The translations under genes and the position numbers were made by a program. From Azolla caroliniana (Eukaryota > Plantae > Polypodiophyta): a stretch of 64,000 bases of DNA. The stretch's first letter is position 1. Every line of letters starts with the position of its first letter. The DNA lies in assembly GCA_043228905.1 (NCBI GenBank), contig JBHGNT010000016.1:15128001-15192000 (forward strand). The letters are read 5' to 3'. This document shows positions 62,352 through 64,000 of this stretch, one piece after another. Under the pieces are notes generated by a model, which saw only the letters and a program-made list of their open reading frames with translations, made no database searches and was not told the origin of the DNA.

Positions 62352-64000
62352 GTCGATTTATTTATTAGGTTCAAACGAATGCATCCAACTATCAAAGTTC
62401 AACTACGAACATTCGAGTCTCTTAAGCCACACTTTGTGAGACGCTTAAAGGATCGATACACATGTTGTTGCATTTACCATGTACAGATGGGTTTTCTGAA
62501 GGACTCTGTTAATCTACTACGTCACCATAGCGCATCCCTAACTAATACAGTTTGCACATGTGGGTGCCAAATCTGTCGATCAAGCCCGCAAGAGGAGTGT
62601 AAATCATCTGAGCACGTTATCTCTTCCATGAGTTATTTATTAGATTCAATATTGTGTCCGAGAGAATCTGATGCTATCTTCCATATTCATAAATGTGTCA
62701 TGGGTTTATGTCAAGATTGTGGCCCTACTAGATTTAGGTGGTGTCCAAATGAATTGAGTAGTGAAATATTGATCTCTGTGAAGTTATTTGAGTCAGTGAA
62801 CACCAATTTCGAAGGAAAGGTGTGTAAAAGAAAGGATCTAGTTCGGAAGATGCTTAAACCAAGGGATTTGGTGTCTCTGTTTGTAGTATCTCTAGGAAAG
62901 TTCATTAAACACAACTTCATTTATTCATGGCAGGCCCATCAGTTTAAGACTTGCATATCTGATTTCCCAAATGATGTAGTAGTCTCAGTAGTAGATTTCG
63001 CAGAGAATTATACTTTCAAGCAGCAGAATGAAATTCAATCTATGCATTGGTGTTCAGTTCAGGTAACCATTTTTGTGCACATAACATATTTTCGAGTTTC
63101 AGGTGATGTTAAAAAAGTAATTCATTTCTTTATTTCCGATGATAAGAAGCATGATACCTTGTTCGTCCAACACTGTTTTAAGTTACATTGGCAGTGGTTA
63201 TTAGCTCAACGTTTGGAGCTTACTCAACATTGGGTCTGGTCTGACGGAGCTGCGTCACAATTCAAGGCTCGACGTCCATTTTATTTTGTGGGGAGGTATC
63301 CTGCTATAACAGGTTTGGAGATGAGATGGAATTTTTTTGGGTCTGGCCATGGTAAAGGTGAACATGATGGTGCAGGGGCTGTTATAAAGCGGGCACTTAC
63401 CCATGAACAACTAAAGACAGATGGTGTGCACATGAATTGTGCATCGCATGTAGTTGAATTTTTAAGAACAAATATGTCGACGAGTGCCACAGGTGTTTAT
63501 TCCTCGCAAGTTCGAGATATCAAACGTGAATTTTGGGAAGTGAAGATAGATGAAGTAAATAGGGAGAAGACCTGGGAGTGCCAAGGAATTCCCGAATTGC
63601 GATCTCTACATGCTGTTCGCGGTTATTCCAGGTTGGATGGTCATTGTATTGCGGTTAGAGAATTGACTTGTTTTTGCTTCCATTGTGTGCAGGGAAATTG
63701 GAGATATTGTCTAAACAAAGCATACATTCAGAATTGGGAGTATCACACTCTGAATGATAAGGAAGCAGTTGATGGAGAAACAGGGCAGAATGCTGACTTC
63801 ACATATGAGGGACTTGGAGATACTTTGAGTGATGTCTTGAACGTTGGGGATAACTTCGCTGTAAATGCTGAAGAAGGCAATTCAGAGGGTGCTGATTTCT
63901 ATATATTAAAGTGCACGGTTAGTAAACAGTGTGCAAGGCAGAATATTGTAGATGCATGGGGAAATTTTGTATCTGCCGGGACATTCTACATCGAAGGCAT
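62352..64000 (+). CDS. Sola-like transposase exon 2 (open to the window end; absent from the ORF track)
   Basis: Acceptor ACGCAG|GTC; one frame reads VDLFIRFK...TCCCIYH...CVMGLCQDCG...VDFAENY...QNEIQSMHW...ISDDKKHD...WSDGAASQFK...GHGKGEHDGAGAVIKR. Confidence 0.88.

Larger units (their letters stand above)
58904..64000 (+). mobile_element. Sola (Sola2-like) DNA transposon, left end and transposase; continues beyond the window
   Basis: LTR homology stops abruptly at 58903 and new sequence starts GGGTGAAAG; encodes a spliced DDD transposase. Confidence 0.8.

Overview
Eukaryotic, plant-type heterochromatic DNA; a bryophyte/moss origin is plausible from the element types but is only an inference. 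No host gene was recognised: the window is a stack of nested transposons, many bounded by readable target-site duplications (TSDs). A minus-strand Ty3/Gypsy element (14723-39262, TSD TCTTC) contains three insertions: a younger relative (17153-25674, TSD GCCAT), an intact 6.8-kb Gypsy with an extra archaeal-type RNase H (29454-36253, TSD CGTAT) and a solo LTR (36839-37319). The host sits inside a ~4.4-kb tandem duplication built from integrase fragments. Further right are a tRNA-Trp-primed Gypsy with a probable -1 frameshift between protease and RT, and a Sola2-like DNA transposon whose transposase intron is a 20-bp palindromic satellite. The most unusual signal: two related Gypsy elements with unrelated LTRs have no polypurine tract beside the 3' LTR. 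Both instead carry a conserved copy of a tRNA-Arg-like 3' end finishing in CCA exactly 2 nt before the LTR, i.e. an inverted second primer-binding site (PBS), which suggests tRNA-primed plus-strand synthesis. Both also carry a conserved ~900-aa accessory ORF of unknown function. All family assignments come from motif recognition by eye; no searches were run.
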